A stretch of DNA of 64,000 nucleotides from Fidelibacterota bacterium (GCA_049975265.1 JBNGDF010000003.1:1-64000), one strand, 5' to 3'. Counted from the first letter of the stretch, positions 26,302 through 37,611 are shown. Made by a program: numbers and translations. Notes: generated from the sequence alone by a model not told the origin.

Positions 26302-27942
26302 ATGCAACCGTTACGTCCAATCCGGGAAATTGTCCGGGACATCGGGCTGAATGAGAACGATGTTGAATATTACGGCGATTTAAAAGCCAAAGTGAAACTG
26401 AGCGCCTATCGGCGATTACAGGACAGACCCGATGGCAACCTGGTACTGGTCTCGGCGATTACACCAACACCTGCGGGTGAAGGGAAAACCACCACCTCGA
26501 TCGGTCTTTCCATGGGATTGAATCGGATCGGGAAAAGGTCTGTTGTTACATTACGTGAACCGTCATTGGGACCACTGTTCGGAATGAAGGGTGGTGCCAC
26601 CGGCGGTGGCAAAACCCAGGTTCATCCGGTTGACGATATCAACATGCATTTCACCGGTGATTTGCATGCCGTTACCGCCGCCCACAATCTGATTTCCGCC
26701 GTGGTGGACAATCACATTTTCCGTCAGAAAGAGCCGCAGATCGATCCGCGACAGGTGCTCTGGAATCGGGTCATGGATATGAATGATCGCTCGTTGCGGA
26801 AAATCGTGATCGGATTGGGCGGAAAGAGAAACGGCTTTCCCCGTGAGACAAACTTCAGCATTTCTGCCTCTTCGGAGGTGATGGCGATTCTGGGACTGGC
26901 GGAATCCTATACCGACCTCAAGGAGCGGATCGGTAACATTTTCCTGGGATATACCTTCGATAATACGCCGGTCTATCTGAGGGAATTGCACATCACCGGA
27001 GCAGTGGCAGCGCTCCTAAAAGACGCACTGAAACCGAATATCGTACAAACCAGTGACGGAACACCGGCATTTGTGCATGGCGGACCCTTTGCCAACATTG
27101 CTCAGGGAACCTGCAGTGTCCTGTCCATGAAGGCAGCGTTGAAACTCTCGGATTATGTTATTACCGAAGCCGGATTTGGTTTTGATCTGGGTGCGGAGAA
27201 ATTTTTTGATATCGTAGCCCGTAAGTCCGGACTGAATCCCAAAGCCGTGGTGCTCGTTGCCACTATTCGGGCGCTGAAAATGCACGGTGGAAAGGGTCTG
27301 AATGAACTGAGCGAACCCGATCCGGCGGCGGTCAAGCGGGGAATTCCAAATTTACTGAAGCATATTCAGAATATCTGTCATTTCGGTGTACCGGCTGTGG
27401 TCGCCATAAACCGCTTTGAGAGTGATACAGACGGGGAGATCGGCATTGTTTCCGGAGTGATGGACAACCGCGAGGTAGAGTGGGCGGTGATCGATTCCGC
27501 CCGGCAGGGCAGTAGTGGTGCTGTTGCACTCGCTGAGAAAGTGGTTGCCATTACCCGGCACAACGAACATTATCAGCCGCTCTATGAACTGGATACCACT
27601 ATAGAAAAGAAAGTGGAAAAGGTCTGCAAAGATATTTACGGGTCTGAAGCGGTGGATTTTACCAAGGACGCCCGGAAAGCCATTCAAAAGATCAATAAAC
27701 TGGGGCTAGACCGTCTGCCGGTCTGTATTGCCAAAACCCAAAAATCGTTGTCCGATAATCCCGAGCTGCTGGGTCGTCCCAAGGATTTTCTCATCACTGT
27801 CCGGGACGTACAGATTTCGTCGGGAGCGGGTTTTCTTGTACCGATTACCGGTGATATGTTGCTGATGCCCGGTTTACCGAAAACACCGGCGGCGGAAAAT
27901 GTAGATATTGATGAAAGCGGTGAGATTTCGGGACTATTTTGA
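26302..27942 (+). CDS. fhs: Formate--tetrahydrofolate ligase
   Basis: TPTPAGEGKTT, REPSLGP.FG.KGGA.GGG, HFTGD.HA, HGGPFANIA, MPGLPK.PAA. Confidence 0.96.
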   Translation: MQPLRPIREIVRDIGLNENDVEYYGDLKAKVKLSAYRRLQDRPDGNLVLVSAITPTPAGEGKTTTSIGLSMGLNRIGKRSVVTLREPSLGPLFGMKGGATGGGKTQVHPVDDINMHFTGDLHAVTAAHNLISAVVDNHIFRQKEPQIDPRQVLWNRVMDMNDRSLRKIVIGLGGKRNGFPRETNFSISASSEVMAILGLAESYTDLKERIGNIFLGYTFDNTPVYLRELHITGAVAALLKDALKPNIVQTSDGTPAFVHGGPFANIAQGTCSVLSMKAALKLSDYVITEAGFGFDLGAEKFFDIVARKSGLNPKAVVLVATIRALKMHGGKGLNELSEPDPAAVKRGIPNLLKHIQNICHFGVPAVVAINRFESDTDGEIGIVSGVMDNREVEWAVIDSARQGSSGAVALAEKVVAITRHNEHYQPLYELDTTIEKKVEKVCKDIYGSEAVDFTKDARKAIQKINKLGLDRLPVCIAKTQKSLSDNPELLGRPKDFLITVRDVQISSGAGFLVPITGDMLLMPGLPKTPAAENVDIDESGEISGLF

Positions 27943-27953
27943 TGGGGAATGTG

Positions 27954-29162
27954 CTACTGCAGCATATCCTGGATCATGTCAAGGTAATCGCTGATCAGCC
28001 GGGTGATCAAGAACTTCTGCCGGATATGTTCCTTGGCGTTTTTTCCCAGTTTTTCGGCGAGCTGTTTATCCTTCAGAATCTGGATAATCCGTTCGGCGAA
28101 CAGGTCCTCATTTTTGGGATCGACTAAGAATCCGGTTTCGTTGTCGATAACCTGCATGGGGATACCACCGACGTCGGAGGCGACAACGGCGGCATTTTTC
28201 CAGAGCGCTTCGGCGACCACCAGCCCAAAGCCTTCACGCAGTGACTTTTGAATAATGACATCGGAATAGCGCTGCAGGGAATTTACCAGGATATTATTTT
28301 CCGACGTAATCAGTATGATGTCGCCTGTATCAACCTGGTGATTGGCGATGCGAACCACCTTTTTGAAAATTTTCAAGCCCTCAGGATCATCGGATGCCAT
28401 GCTGCCGCAGAGCACCAGACGGCAATCGACTTTTTTCCGGACTTTGTTGAAGATGAGGATAACGCCTTCCGGGTCTTTCCACTTGTCAAACCGGGAGATC
28501 TGGGTGATGATCGGTTTATCGGTGGGGATGTTGAATTTTTTCAGGAATTTATGAATATCGCGGTTGCTGAGCTCTTTGTTTTTCGGGCTCAATGGATCGA
28601 TGACCGGCGGAATGATACGTTGTTCCACATAGACGCAATCTTTTTTATATTGTTCGTTGGAGACGACGACCAGATCGTATTTTAAAATAAATCCTTTCAG
28701 AAACTCCCAGAGGTCCTGATTGGGGTGGGAAATATCGATATGGCAGCGCCAGATCCAGGGTTGCTGTTTCGTGTAAAAATTGATCAGCGGCAGCGGCTGG
28801 GGATCGTGGATGATGACGCAATCGTGATTGAGATGAGTGTAGACTGAGAATTCCTCGCTGGCACGGATATAGAGCTGCTTTTTCATGTTTGTCAGATGGA
28901 TGGAATCGCCCTGAAGTGCATTGTGGAATTTCTTGGTAATGTCGAACAGGTCGGAGTTACCGCGAATGATTCGCCAGCCCATATCGATACCGATATCGTT
29001 CATCAGTGGTACCAGGCTGCCGAGGATTTCGGCAACGCCGCCGCCCATATAGGTGGAATTCAGATTGATGATTCGCTTACGGTACAGACTGCGGGCTTTC
29101 TGGTAAATATCGGTGATGATTTTATCGCCCACGATGTTGCGGTAGTCGACCAGATGAATCAT
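27954..29162 (-). CDS. treT: Trehalose synthase TreT-like GT4 glycosyltransferase
   Basis: NST..GGGVAEIL, HNALQG, IHDPQP, WRCHID, SRFDKWKDP, EGFGL...EA.WK. Confidence 0.88.
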   Translation of the reverse strand: MIHLVDYRNIVGDKIITDIYQKARSLYRKRIINLNSTYMGGGVAEILGSLVPLMNDIGIDMGWRIIRGNSDLFDITKKFHNALQGDSIHLTNMKKQLYIRASEEFSVYTHLNHDCVIIHDPQPLPLINFYTKQQPWIWRCHIDISHPNQDLWEFLKGFILKYDLVVVSNEQYKKDCVYVEQRIIPPVIDPLSPKNKELSNRDIHKFLKKFNIPTDKPIITQISRFDKWKDPEGVILIFNKVRKKVDCRLVLCGSMASDDPEGLKIFKKVVRIANHQVDTGDIILITSENNILVNSLQRYSDVIIQKSLREGFGLVVAEALWKNAAVVASDVGGIPMQVIDNETGFLVDPKNEDLFAERIIQILKDKQLAEKLGKNAKEHIRQKFLITRLISDYLDMIQDMLQ

Positions 29163-31354
29163 GTGGTTTCTCCTGTCAGTGTATTTAGAATTTTGCGGAC
29201 ATCTTCCGGTGCTTTCACGCGGTAGTTGGCGGCAGTGGTGCCGATGCCGACTTTGATCGTAAATTGACCGCTGATTTCATTGAAAATATCCTCATCGGTT
29301 TTGTCATCGCCGATGGCGAGAATAAAATCCGGTTCGAGGCGCTGAATCCATTTTGAAATTGCCCGACCTTTGTTGATGCCGATATTTTTTACTTCAATAA
29401 CCTTGTTGCCTTCGAGAATCTGGAGCTTCAGACCAACAACCAGATAGCGCAGGGTTTCGGTCAGTTCCCGTGTCCTGATTTTTCCCAGTTCCGACGTCGT
29501 TTTGCGGTAATGCCAGACCAGGGAGTAGTCTTTTTCCTCAATAAATGAGCCGGGCGTACGACTGACGTAAAAATCCATCACCGGGCGGATTTCCCTTTTC
29601 CACTCGTCGGACATCGGTTCGATCAGTTGCCAGTCGCCGTCGGCATCGCGGAGCCAGGCACCGTGTTCGGCAATTAAATTTACCCGGGGTAGTTTGCTCA
29701 GCCACCTGTCCAGCGTCTCTTTGTCCCGTCCGCTGACGATGACCAGATGGTTCTCCACCGCGAATTTTTGGAGGAGTTTTAGCAGAGCCTGATCGGGTGT
29801 GGCTTTTTGCGGGTCCCGGGAAAAATGTACCAGCGTTCCGTCATAATCAAGGACGATCAGACGTTTCTTCGCAGACCGATATTTTTGCCAGAGACAATCC
29901 ATGGTCGCCTGATCCACGATTTTTGCCTCCATGGATATTTGCAGATTTTTAACGTCGATCAGACGGTCGAAGAAGTCCTTAGCCCAGTACTGGTTAGTAT
30001 AGAGTTTGATTTTCTCCTGCATGCTGGCAAGTCGCTGGCGTTGCTCTGTGACCGGCATATCCAGGGCGGTTTTAATTCCCTCGGCAATGTCCATGATGTT
30101 GTTCGGATTGATGATCACGGCTTCGTCCAGCTCGGCGGCGGCACCCGCCATCTCGCTCAGAACCAAAACGCCGTCGGCGTCGGTTCGGCTGGCGACATAC
30201 TCTTTGGCGACCAGATTCATACCATCGCGGAGGGGTGTGATCAGAGCGATATCCGCCAATTGATAGAAGGCGGACAAATGGTCAAAATTGAAGGAGCGGT
30301 AGTAGTAATGGATCGGAGTCCAGCTGATGGTATTGTATTTGCCATTGATCTCACCGACGGTTTTGTCGATTTCAACTTTGATCTGCTGATATTGCGGTAC
30401 CTTGGAGCGGGAGGGAACGACGACCAGAAAGAGGGTCACCTTTTCCCGGTATTCGGGGAAAATTTTTAAAAAGAGCTGGTAGGCTTTCAGACGATTGATG
30501 ATGCCTTTGGAATAATCCAGCCGATCGACAGACAGGATGACTTTGCAATCATTGAGACTGTTTTTGTGTTTTGCCAGAATCTTGCGTGCTTTACTGCTTT
30601 TTCCGCCGGAGGCATAGGTTTCATAATCGATACCCAGAGGGAAGGAGTCGACTTTGATCGCCCGTTGCTGATAAACCAGCTGATTGGAAATGTAGTCAAT
30701 GTCCAGCAGGCGGTTGACGGCACTCAGGAAGTGGCGGGCGTAGTCGAAGGTGTGGAAACCGATCAGGTCAGCACCGAGAATCCCGTTTAATATCTCTTTA
30801 CGCCAGGGGAGTGTCCGGTAAACTTCGTACGAGGGAAAGGGAATATGCAGGAAAAATCCGATCGCTGACCGGGTATACTTTTTCCGTACGATGCCGGGCA
30901 ACAGTAACAGATGATAATCGTGAATCCAGATAATGTCTTTTTCGGTAACCACTGACTCCAGTTGCTTGAAGAATTTCTGATTGACCCGTTTGTAGACACC
31001 CCACATGCGCGTGTCGTAATCGGTATATTGGGTAAAATAGTGAAATAAGGGCCAGATAGTGACATTACAGAATCCTTCGTAGCTCTTTTTAATTTCCTGA
31101 GTATTTAAAAAAACCGGGATCATGCGCAGTTTTTGCAGTTCTGTAGTGATGGTTTGTTTATCGGTATCGGAGTGAATTGTCAGACCAGGCCAGCCGATCC
31201 AGATGCAATTTTTCTGCTCAAAGATGGATTTCAGCCCGGTCGCCAGACCACCGATGCTGGGTGTCAGTTCAAAACCGCCGTTTTTCTGTTTTACTGTAAC
31301 CGGCAGGCGGTTTGAAACGATAAAAATGCGCCGTTCCTGAGTATTTTTTTTCAT
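29159..31354 (-). CDS. otsA: Bifunctional trehalose-6-phosphate synthase/phosphatase (OtsA-OtsB fusion)
   Basis: VSNRLP, GGLATG, WIHDYHL, HIPFP, DRLDYSKG, DGMNLVAKEY, then HAD motifs DYDGTL and GDD.TDED. Confidence 0.93.
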   Translation of the reverse strand: MKKNTQERRIFIVSNRLPVTVKQKNGGFELTPSIGGLATGLKSIFEQKNCIWIGWPGLTIHSDTDKQTITTELQKLRMIPVFLNTQEIKKSYEGFCNVTIWPLFHYFTQYTDYDTRMWGVYKRVNQKFFKQLESVVTEKDIIWIHDYHLLLLPGIVRKKYTRSAIGFFLHIPFPSYEVYRTLPWRKEILNGILGADLIGFHTFDYARHFLSAVNRLLDIDYISNQLVYQQRAIKVDSFPLGIDYETYASGGKSSKARKILAKHKNSLNDCKVILSVDRLDYSKGIINRLKAYQLFLKIFPEYREKVTLFLVVVPSRSKVPQYQQIKVEIDKTVGEINGKYNTISWTPIHYYYRSFNFDHLSAFYQLADIALITPLRDGMNLVAKEYVASRTDADGVLVLSEMAGAAAELDEAVIINPNNIMDIAEGIKTALDMPVTEQRQRLASMQEKIKLYTNQYWAKDFFDRLIDVKNLQISMEAKIVDQATMDCLWQKYRSAKKRLIVLDYDGTLVHFSRDPQKATPDQALLKLLQKFAVENHLVIVSGRDKETLDRWLSKLPRVNLIAEHGAWLRDADGDWQLIEPMSDEWKREIRPVMDFYVSRTPGSFIEEKDYSLVWHYRKTTSELGKIRTRELTETLRYLVVGLKLQILEGNKVIEVKNIGINKGRAISKWIQRLEPDFILAIGDDKTDEDIFNEISGQFTIKVGIGTTAANYRVKAPEDVRKILNTLTGETT

Positions 31355-31581
31355 AGGCTAATGAAATATTGACATTGAGTACAGAAGATCACATAACCGT
31401 AATTTAGCCAAGCTGACGGCGAAAAGCAAACGCCGAAAACCCTTCCTTCGGGGTAATAATTCTGTCTCTTTTTGCGGTAACCATCTTTAATTTTCAGCCA
31501 GGATTACGAAATACGATTCGGATTTTGCCACTTTTCGGTACTGTTGGAAATGTGTTGGAAGGAATAAGTGAATTCCGACTA

Positions 31582-33157
31582 CTATTCGAAGAGATAAAAA
31601 CTCCAGCGTGGTTTTCGGTGAGATTCCCGAAATGCTCTGACATCCGCGGGGTAAGATTTACCGCGACGGACATCACAGGCATAATAGAGGACAAAATCCA
31701 GCTGTGACGATTCGGTGCCATACTCACGGTCGAATTGGGCGGCGATGTTATTGGCGGGCAGGGTGATGATCCGGGCAATTTCCGATAGTTCAAAGTGTAA
31801 TCCCTCTTTACCGGCGGCGGGTTCGTAGGATTTGTAAATCAGCTCGGAACAGACCAGTTCGTTGTCCGTGAGCAGACTGAAGGTATAATCGTAGGGGCGT
31901 CCCCAGTACTGAAAAGCAGTTTCGATTGCCTGGGCTTTGGCAAGCTTCGGCAGGCGTGGTCGCAGACAGGCGGTATGATCCGCCATTCCCACAGAGCCGC
32001 GCACCGAGTGGAAGATGATGCCCTCTTTCAGTCCCTCGATAATGCGATTGTCATCACCATCATCAGCGCCGATATAGGCTTTGAATACCTCGTGATAGCG
32101 GCGTTCCAGATAATGTGGAAAGTTCCGGCAGTGCGGGTCTCGTTGACGGAAATATTTTGTAATTGTCGAATCGCGGCTCCACTCTGTCAGTTCTGCTAAG
32201 TTTCCGAGGTAGAGAGCGGAATGTGGCTAGAAGCCGGGAATTCCGAGATTGGTCATGCGCCACTCGCCCCGCTCCAATATGATGTCGCCCGGCTGTGCCA
32301 GTTCGATGAATTCAAGACACTGGCGGTTGCTGATAAATCCCTCCTTGCGGGTCGTAAAACGCGTATGTGCCATGAAGAGGGCGACGCTTTTCTGTAGCGG
32401 GAACACCGATTTCCGAGAGCCATCTTTGATTGTATCCAGATAATTTGCCAGCAGCAGCGATATGTGTCTGGTATGCGTAGTTGCGACAGCTGCGCGATAA
32501 TTCGTATCGATTATGGGATATAGAAAATGATAATCGTCATTGAAATTACCGTAGCGATCCTTCAATGTCGTAAACCGGGCATAGCTCTGATGAATATTGG
32601 TGATTCCGGGCAGGTTGAGGATATGCCATTTGAATTGGGAATAGAGATTTTTCGGCAGGTTGTATTCAGGCATTGGTTCGTCCAACAGAATTTCGAAGGG
32701 GGGCAATAAAAGCGGTGTTTTCCAGAAAGTAGAGTCCGGTGGAATAGAGCAACATATCGGCGCTGAAGCTGACCAGAAAGGCATCATCACGGTAGCAGGG
32801 CTCGACTTTCTGATAATCCTGATACTCCACCATGATTTTCGTTAATTCTAACAGCTGATCCAGGTATTGGATCCAGATTTCACGGATTTCCTGCCGCTGA
32901 GGTCTGCTCAGAACTGACGGTGTTTGCGATTGAAAAGCGGCAAAGTAGTTCTCCGCCTGTCGGTTGATATGGATGATGTTTTGATGAATTAACAGGATCA
33001 GGCGGGCGTCGGTGTGGATTTTTTCCGCCAGTTCAGTGCTGTTCAGGCGACCGATATCCCGGAAATCCTGCTGAACGAAGGGGCGACTACAGGCGGTCGT
33101 CAGGCAGGCGAGGAGTAGAAGCGCTAACGACTGATTAATCGGAAATTTAGAAACCAT
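31582..33157 (-). pseudogene. Disrupted lipoprotein with YiiX/YebB-like permuted NlpC/P60 (papain-like) domain
   Basis: Lipobox TTAC. Removing one base from the G6 run at 32698-32703 joins two ORFs. In-frame TAG at 32227-32229 sits in IPGF*PHSALYLG (Trp expected). The frame continues to PYDY.F...LVCSEL. Confidence 0.8.
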
Positions 33158-33204
33158 AAATCAGGAAATATCTGTCCGGCAACATAAAGAATAAGCGATT
33201 ATTT

Positions 33205-33882
33205 TTATAGAAAGATATAGGCAAGCAAAACGGCGACCACCAGACCGGGCAGCATGTTGATGACCTTTAACGACTTGATTTCCAGAATGTTGATGCCAAG
33301 ACCGATCAGCATCAGACCGCCGACAGCAGTCATTTCATTGAGCACTACGTCTCTGAAAAACTCGCCCAGCCAGCCGGCAAAGAGTGTCAGACCGCCCTGG
33401 TAGAACAGGAGTGGAATCGTGGAAAAGGCGACACCAATTCCCAGTCCGGCTGCCAGCGCGATCGAGGCGAATCCGTCCAGAATCGATTTGGCGTAGAGCA
33501 AATTCGGCGGATTGCCCATGCCCTCCTCAAATGCTCCCAAAATAGTCATGGAACCCATACAGAAGAGCAGAAAGGCAGCCACCAGACCTTCGGAAAATTT
33601 TTCGTTCTGCAGCCCGAGTCTGCCTTTGAGTCGCTGGCTGAATATGTCGAGAGCGTGATCGAGAGTGAGCCATTGTCCGATAATCGAACCTGCCACAAGA
33701 CTGAAAATCAGAATCAGGTAGTTGGCGGTTTTGGCTGCCATGGTAAATCCAAGAAACAGCGTGAACAGACCGATTGCCTGAAAGACAATGGTGACAATCT
33801 TTTCCGGTAACCTGCGATGGAACAGGAGACCGATAGTGCTGCCCACCAGGACAGCACCGATATTGACAAACGTTCCGAGCAT
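33205..33882 (-). CDS. DUF554 family membrane protein
   Basis: GT.VN...V..GS.IG, LLFC.GSM.ILG, KS.LDG, YQG.LT, N.LP.L. Confidence 0.9.
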   Translation of the reverse strand: MLGTFVNIGAVLVGSTIGLLFHRRLPEKIVTIVFQAIGLFTLFLGFTMAAKTANYLILIFSLVAGSIIGQWLTLDHALDIFSQRLKGRLGLQNEKFSEGLVAAFLLFCMGSMTILGAFEEGMGNPPNLLYAKSILDGFASIALAAGLGIGVAFSTIPLLFYQGGLTLFAGWLGEFFRDVVLNEMTAVGGLMLIGLGINILEIKSLKVINMLPGLVVAVLLAYIFL

Positions 33883-33885
33883 GGA

Positions 33886-34080
33886 TTATTCGGGTTTGCC
33901 TTCGGGGATGATGACCCAGCCGATGAGATAGGTGATAACCAGAGGAGCCACACCGGTGGCAATTGTTGCAAAGATCATCAGCAGGCGAATGATGGTGGGA
34001 TCGATATTGAACATTTCTCCCAGACCGCCGCAAATACCCGCCAGTTTGACATCCGTTTTTGAGCGATAAATTCTTTTCAT
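33886..34080 (-). CDS. pspC: PspC domain protein
   Basis: KRIYRS..D..LAGICGGLGE.F.IDPT.IR...Y...W.IIP; AAGGAGA SD. Confidence 0.9.
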   Translation of the reverse strand: MKRIYRSKTDVKLAGICGGLGEMFNIDPTIIRLLMIFATIATGVAPLVITYLIGWVIIPEGKPE

Positions 34081-34353
34081 CCCAGATTCTCCTTCCTTGA
34101 TAAAACATAGTAAAAATACACACGCTGTTAGAGTTAGACAACAGTTAAAATCGTTGTCATGCCAAGCCTGATTGCTCCGCTAATGTGATGACGGTAACAA
34201 TCCACTGTCAACTTACGCTGCTCCCCTGTCTCCAGAATTTTTTCTTTTGATATTATCAAAATTTGTAGAAATTTACCGTTACTGTGACAGCTGTAATGTT
34301 TCCAAATACCGCGCTTCGAGTCTGGATGAACGACGGGAAAGGTGGGGGTAACA

Positions 34354-35025
34354 ATGCTTGATATCAGGGTACTAATCGTCGGATTGTTGGTTGTGACGGT
34401 GGTCTGTTTAATCCGTGCCGAGCTGCGTGGTAACCGACGGCAGATCCGCTTTTTCAAACCGGTTGCTACCATTTTGGTTATTTCGGTTGTCGCAACGGCG
34501 ATGCTGTCCGGGCGTCAGATGTCGGCAGGGTATTCCATATTCATCATGGCGGGACTGCTTTTCTCATTGGGGGGTGATGTCGCGCTTATTTTTCAGGAAG
34601 ATTCACGGGCGTTTCGCCTTGGTCTGGTGCTGTTCCTGGCGGCTCACATTATGTATATATACAGTTTTATCAATTTTTCAGGGGCAACAAAGCTGCCGGT
34701 CGGCAGTACGCTGATTCTGGCACTGCTGGGGGCGATCGTCTATGCGGTCTTGTACCCGCATCTGGGACGACTGAAAGTTCCCGTTTTTATATATGTATTG
34801 GTGATCAGTTACATGGTGAATCGGGCGATTGCGTCGCATTTCAGCCCGGTGTTCAGCGTCCAGCAGGCGTGGCAGATCAGTATCGGGGCGGTTCTGTTTT
34901 ATTTCTCAGATTTAATGCTGGCGTTGAATCGCTTTGGTTATCCCTTCCGCTATCATCGGATCAGTCTGGTCTTTTACTATGGCGGACAGCTGGGCATTGC
35001 ACTGAGCACGTTTGGACCTACATAG
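34354..35025 (+). CDS. Lysoplasmalogenase (YhhN/TMEM86) family membrane protein
   Basis: FKP, GL.FS..GD..L, F..GL..FL.AH..Y, GA.LF..SD..LA..RF, YY.GQ. Confidence 0.88.
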   Translation: MLDIRVLIVGLLVVTVVCLIRAELRGNRRQIRFFKPVATILVISVVATAMLSGRQMSAGYSIFIMAGLLFSLGGDVALIFQEDSRAFRLGLVLFLAAHIMYIYSFINFSGATKLPVGSTLILALLGAIVYAVLYPHLGRLKVPVFIYVLVISYMVNRAIASHFSPVFSVQQAWQISIGAVLFYFSDLMLALNRFGYPFRYHRISLVFYYGGQLGIALSTFGPT

Positions 35026-35034
35026 GAGTGAAAT

Positions 35035-35868
35035 ATGATTTATCATCACGGTACTTTTCAAAGTTATGACGCCGGAGAGCTGTTTGAACAAGCCTGGATG
35101 CCGAATGACCAGCCCCGCGCCGTTTTACTACTGGTTCATGGTTTGGGTGAACACAGCGGGCGGTATGAACATGTGGCGGAATATTTTACCTCAAAAGGCA
35201 TCGGAATCGAGACAATTGACCTGCGCGGGCATGGTAAATCGGACGGACGCCGGGCGTATGTGGACTCCTTTGACGATTACCTTCGGGACCTGGATGTTTT
35301 CTATAAACGGGCGCAGGAACGCCATTATGAAGCCCCGCTATTTCTTTATGGTCACAGCATGGGTGGTACGATTGCAGCGCTTTATATAATTACCCGCCAG
35401 CCGGAATTCAAGGGACTGATCTTGAGCGGTATTCTGTTGAAGATGGGCGCTGATATCTCTCCGCTGCTGATCAAAATGGCGGCAATCGTGGGGAAATATG
35501 CACCCAAAATGAAAACCACCAAACTGGATTCCGCCTCGATCTCCAGGGATCCCGAGATTGTTCGAGATTACGACGAGGATCCTCTCAATTACCGGGAGGG
35601 TTTTCCGGCGCGAACCGGCTATGAGTCGATTCTCGCCGCTCAACGGATCCTGACACAAACGGAGAGCCTTACGTTACCGATACTGATCATGCACGGTTCC
35701 GCCGATAAAATCACCAATCCCGAGGGCAGTCGGGAACTTTATGAGGGCGTCCATTCGACGGATAAGACCCTGAAGTTCTATGATGGTTTTTACCATGAAA
35801 TCCACAACGATCCGGAAAAGGAGAGGGTTTTTTCCGATATATTCCATTGGCTCGAATTACATATATGA
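35035..35868 (+). CDS. Lysophospholipase/monoacylglycerol lipase (alpha/beta hydrolase)
   Basis: HGLGEHSGRY, DLRGHG.S.G, GHSMGG, HGSAD, YHEIHND. Confidence 0.92.
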   Translation: MIYHHGTFQSYDAGELFEQAWMPNDQPRAVLLLVHGLGEHSGRYEHVAEYFTSKGIGIETIDLRGHGKSDGRRAYVDSFDDYLRDLDVFYKRAQERHYEAPLFLYGHSMGGTIAALYIITRQPEFKGLILSGILLKMGADISPLLIKMAAIVGKYAPKMKTTKLDSASISRDPEIVRDYDEDPLNYREGFPARTGYESILAAQRILTQTESLTLPILIMHGSADKITNPEGSRELYEGVHSTDKTLKFYDGFYHEIHNDPEKERVFSDIFHWLELHI

Positions 35869-35937
35869 ACCTGTTGTCTAATTCTTTTCCGGGCATAATT
35901 ACAGATTGTATCTATTTTATGTGGTGCACGAAGTAAG

Positions 35938-37602
35938 ATGATTGGCATGGTACTGCGCTTTGTGGGTTCCATTGGTGTGTTCCTGTTCGGAATGCGGATC
36001 ATGAGTGAAGGCATTCAGAAACTGGCTGGCGACCGGTTACAGACGGCACTGAATTACATGACGACCAACCGTATTATCGCCGTACTAACCGGCTTTCTGG
36101 TTACCGGTGTGATTCAATCTTCCTCGGCAACGACGGTAATGGTGGTCGGTTTTGCCAATGCCGGTTTATTAAATCTGACGCAGGCGATTGGCGTGATCAT
36201 GGGTGCCAATATTGGGACGACGGTGACCACCTGGATTGTCTCATTTATGGGCTTTAAAGTGGATATCGTGTCCTTTGCATTGCCGATCGTTGGTATCGGT
36301 TTTCCATTTTTATTGAGCAAAAGCTGGAGACGTCGTGATTATGGCGAAATGCTGGTCGGTTTGGGCTTGCTGTTTCTGGGACTCGGTTTTCTGAAGAATG
36401 CTGTTCCTGATATCAATGAAGAAGCGCTTATTTTTCTGGAAAAATTCTCGAATCTGGGATTTGCCTCGTTTATTGTCTTTGTTCTGGTGGGTACGGTATT
36501 AACGTTTCTTCTGGAATCCTCGAGCGCCGCTATGGCGATCACCGTCACACTGGCATTTAAGGGGTATATTAATTTTGAATCGGCGGCGGCAATCTGTTTG
36601 GGTGAGAATATCGGTACGACAATAAAGGTCTTTCTGGTGTCGCTGGGTACTGGAGTGAATGCCCGGCGCGCCGCCCGCTCGCATTTTTTCTTTAATTTTC
36701 TCGGAGTTGTCTGGATGGCGGTTGTCTTTCGCCATTTTTGCGATTTTGTTCTCTGGATTGCTCCCTGGGACAGTGCGCTGCAGGCAAATTTGCCGTTGAA
36801 CCTGGCTCTGTTTCACTCCGTGTTTAACGTGACCAACACCCTGCTGTTTCTGCCATTTCTCAATATTTTTGCAAAGTATATTGAAAAAATTATAAAGCCG
36901 ACGGAAATTGATAAATATCGGCATTATCAGCTGCGCTATCTCAGTGCCGGTCTTCAGGAGTCGGCGCAATTGAACATCCTGAACGCCCGCACGGAGGTTA
37001 ACAGAATGGGTGATGTGATCACCAGGACGTGTAAAATTTGTCAGAGCACCCTGATTCAAACGGACCGAAAAATTGATGCCAGTGTTGAAGAAATCAGGGA
37101 GCTGGAAGAGCTGACCGATCAGATGCAGGAGGAAATCTCAAAATATCTCGTGCAGCTCTATAAGGATGATCTCTCAGAATCAAACGTCATTGTCGTAAAT
37201 GGCATGATGCGGGTTGTTCACGAGCTGAAAAGTATCGGTGACTCCATTTACAATCTGGTGATTTTAATGAAGCGTAAAGCGACTAAATCGATCAGGTTTG
37301 ATGCCCACGCCGAGGAGGAATTACGCGACTATGCCGCCCTGCTCGGTAACTTTATTGAGATGGTGAAGAGAAATCTCACGGAGCAGATTGATAATGCGGA
37401 ACTGAAGAAAGCCTAAGCTCTGGAACAACAGGTGAACGATCGGCGCTATTCGCTGAGCAAAGCTTCCCGAAAGCGTCTGCAAAAGGGTGCCAATGTCCGC
37501 GCCGAACTTCTCTTCATCGATATGGTTCAATGTTATGAGAATATCGGCGATAATTCCCTGAATATCGCCCAGGCACTGTGTCAAATTGGAAATCATAAAT
37601 GA
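35938..37602 (+). pseudogene. Na/Pi cotransporter (NptA-like) with PhoU domains, interrupted by in-frame TAA at 37414-37416
   Basis: QSSSATTVM, GANIGTT, second repeat ESSSA/GENIGTT. The frame continues past TAA as ALEQQVN...YENIGDNSLNIAQA (PhoU-type ExxGD) to TGA 37600-37602. Confidence 0.8.
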
Positions 37603-37611
37603 GGAACCATC

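Noticed and set aside
31582..37602. Stop-codon reassignment (pyrrolysine, selenocysteine or an alternative code) to explain the in-frame TAG and TAA
   Set aside because: The two stops are different codons, the TAG sits at an expected Trp in a gene that also has a frameshift, and TAA, TAG and TGA all terminate normal genes elsewhere in the window.
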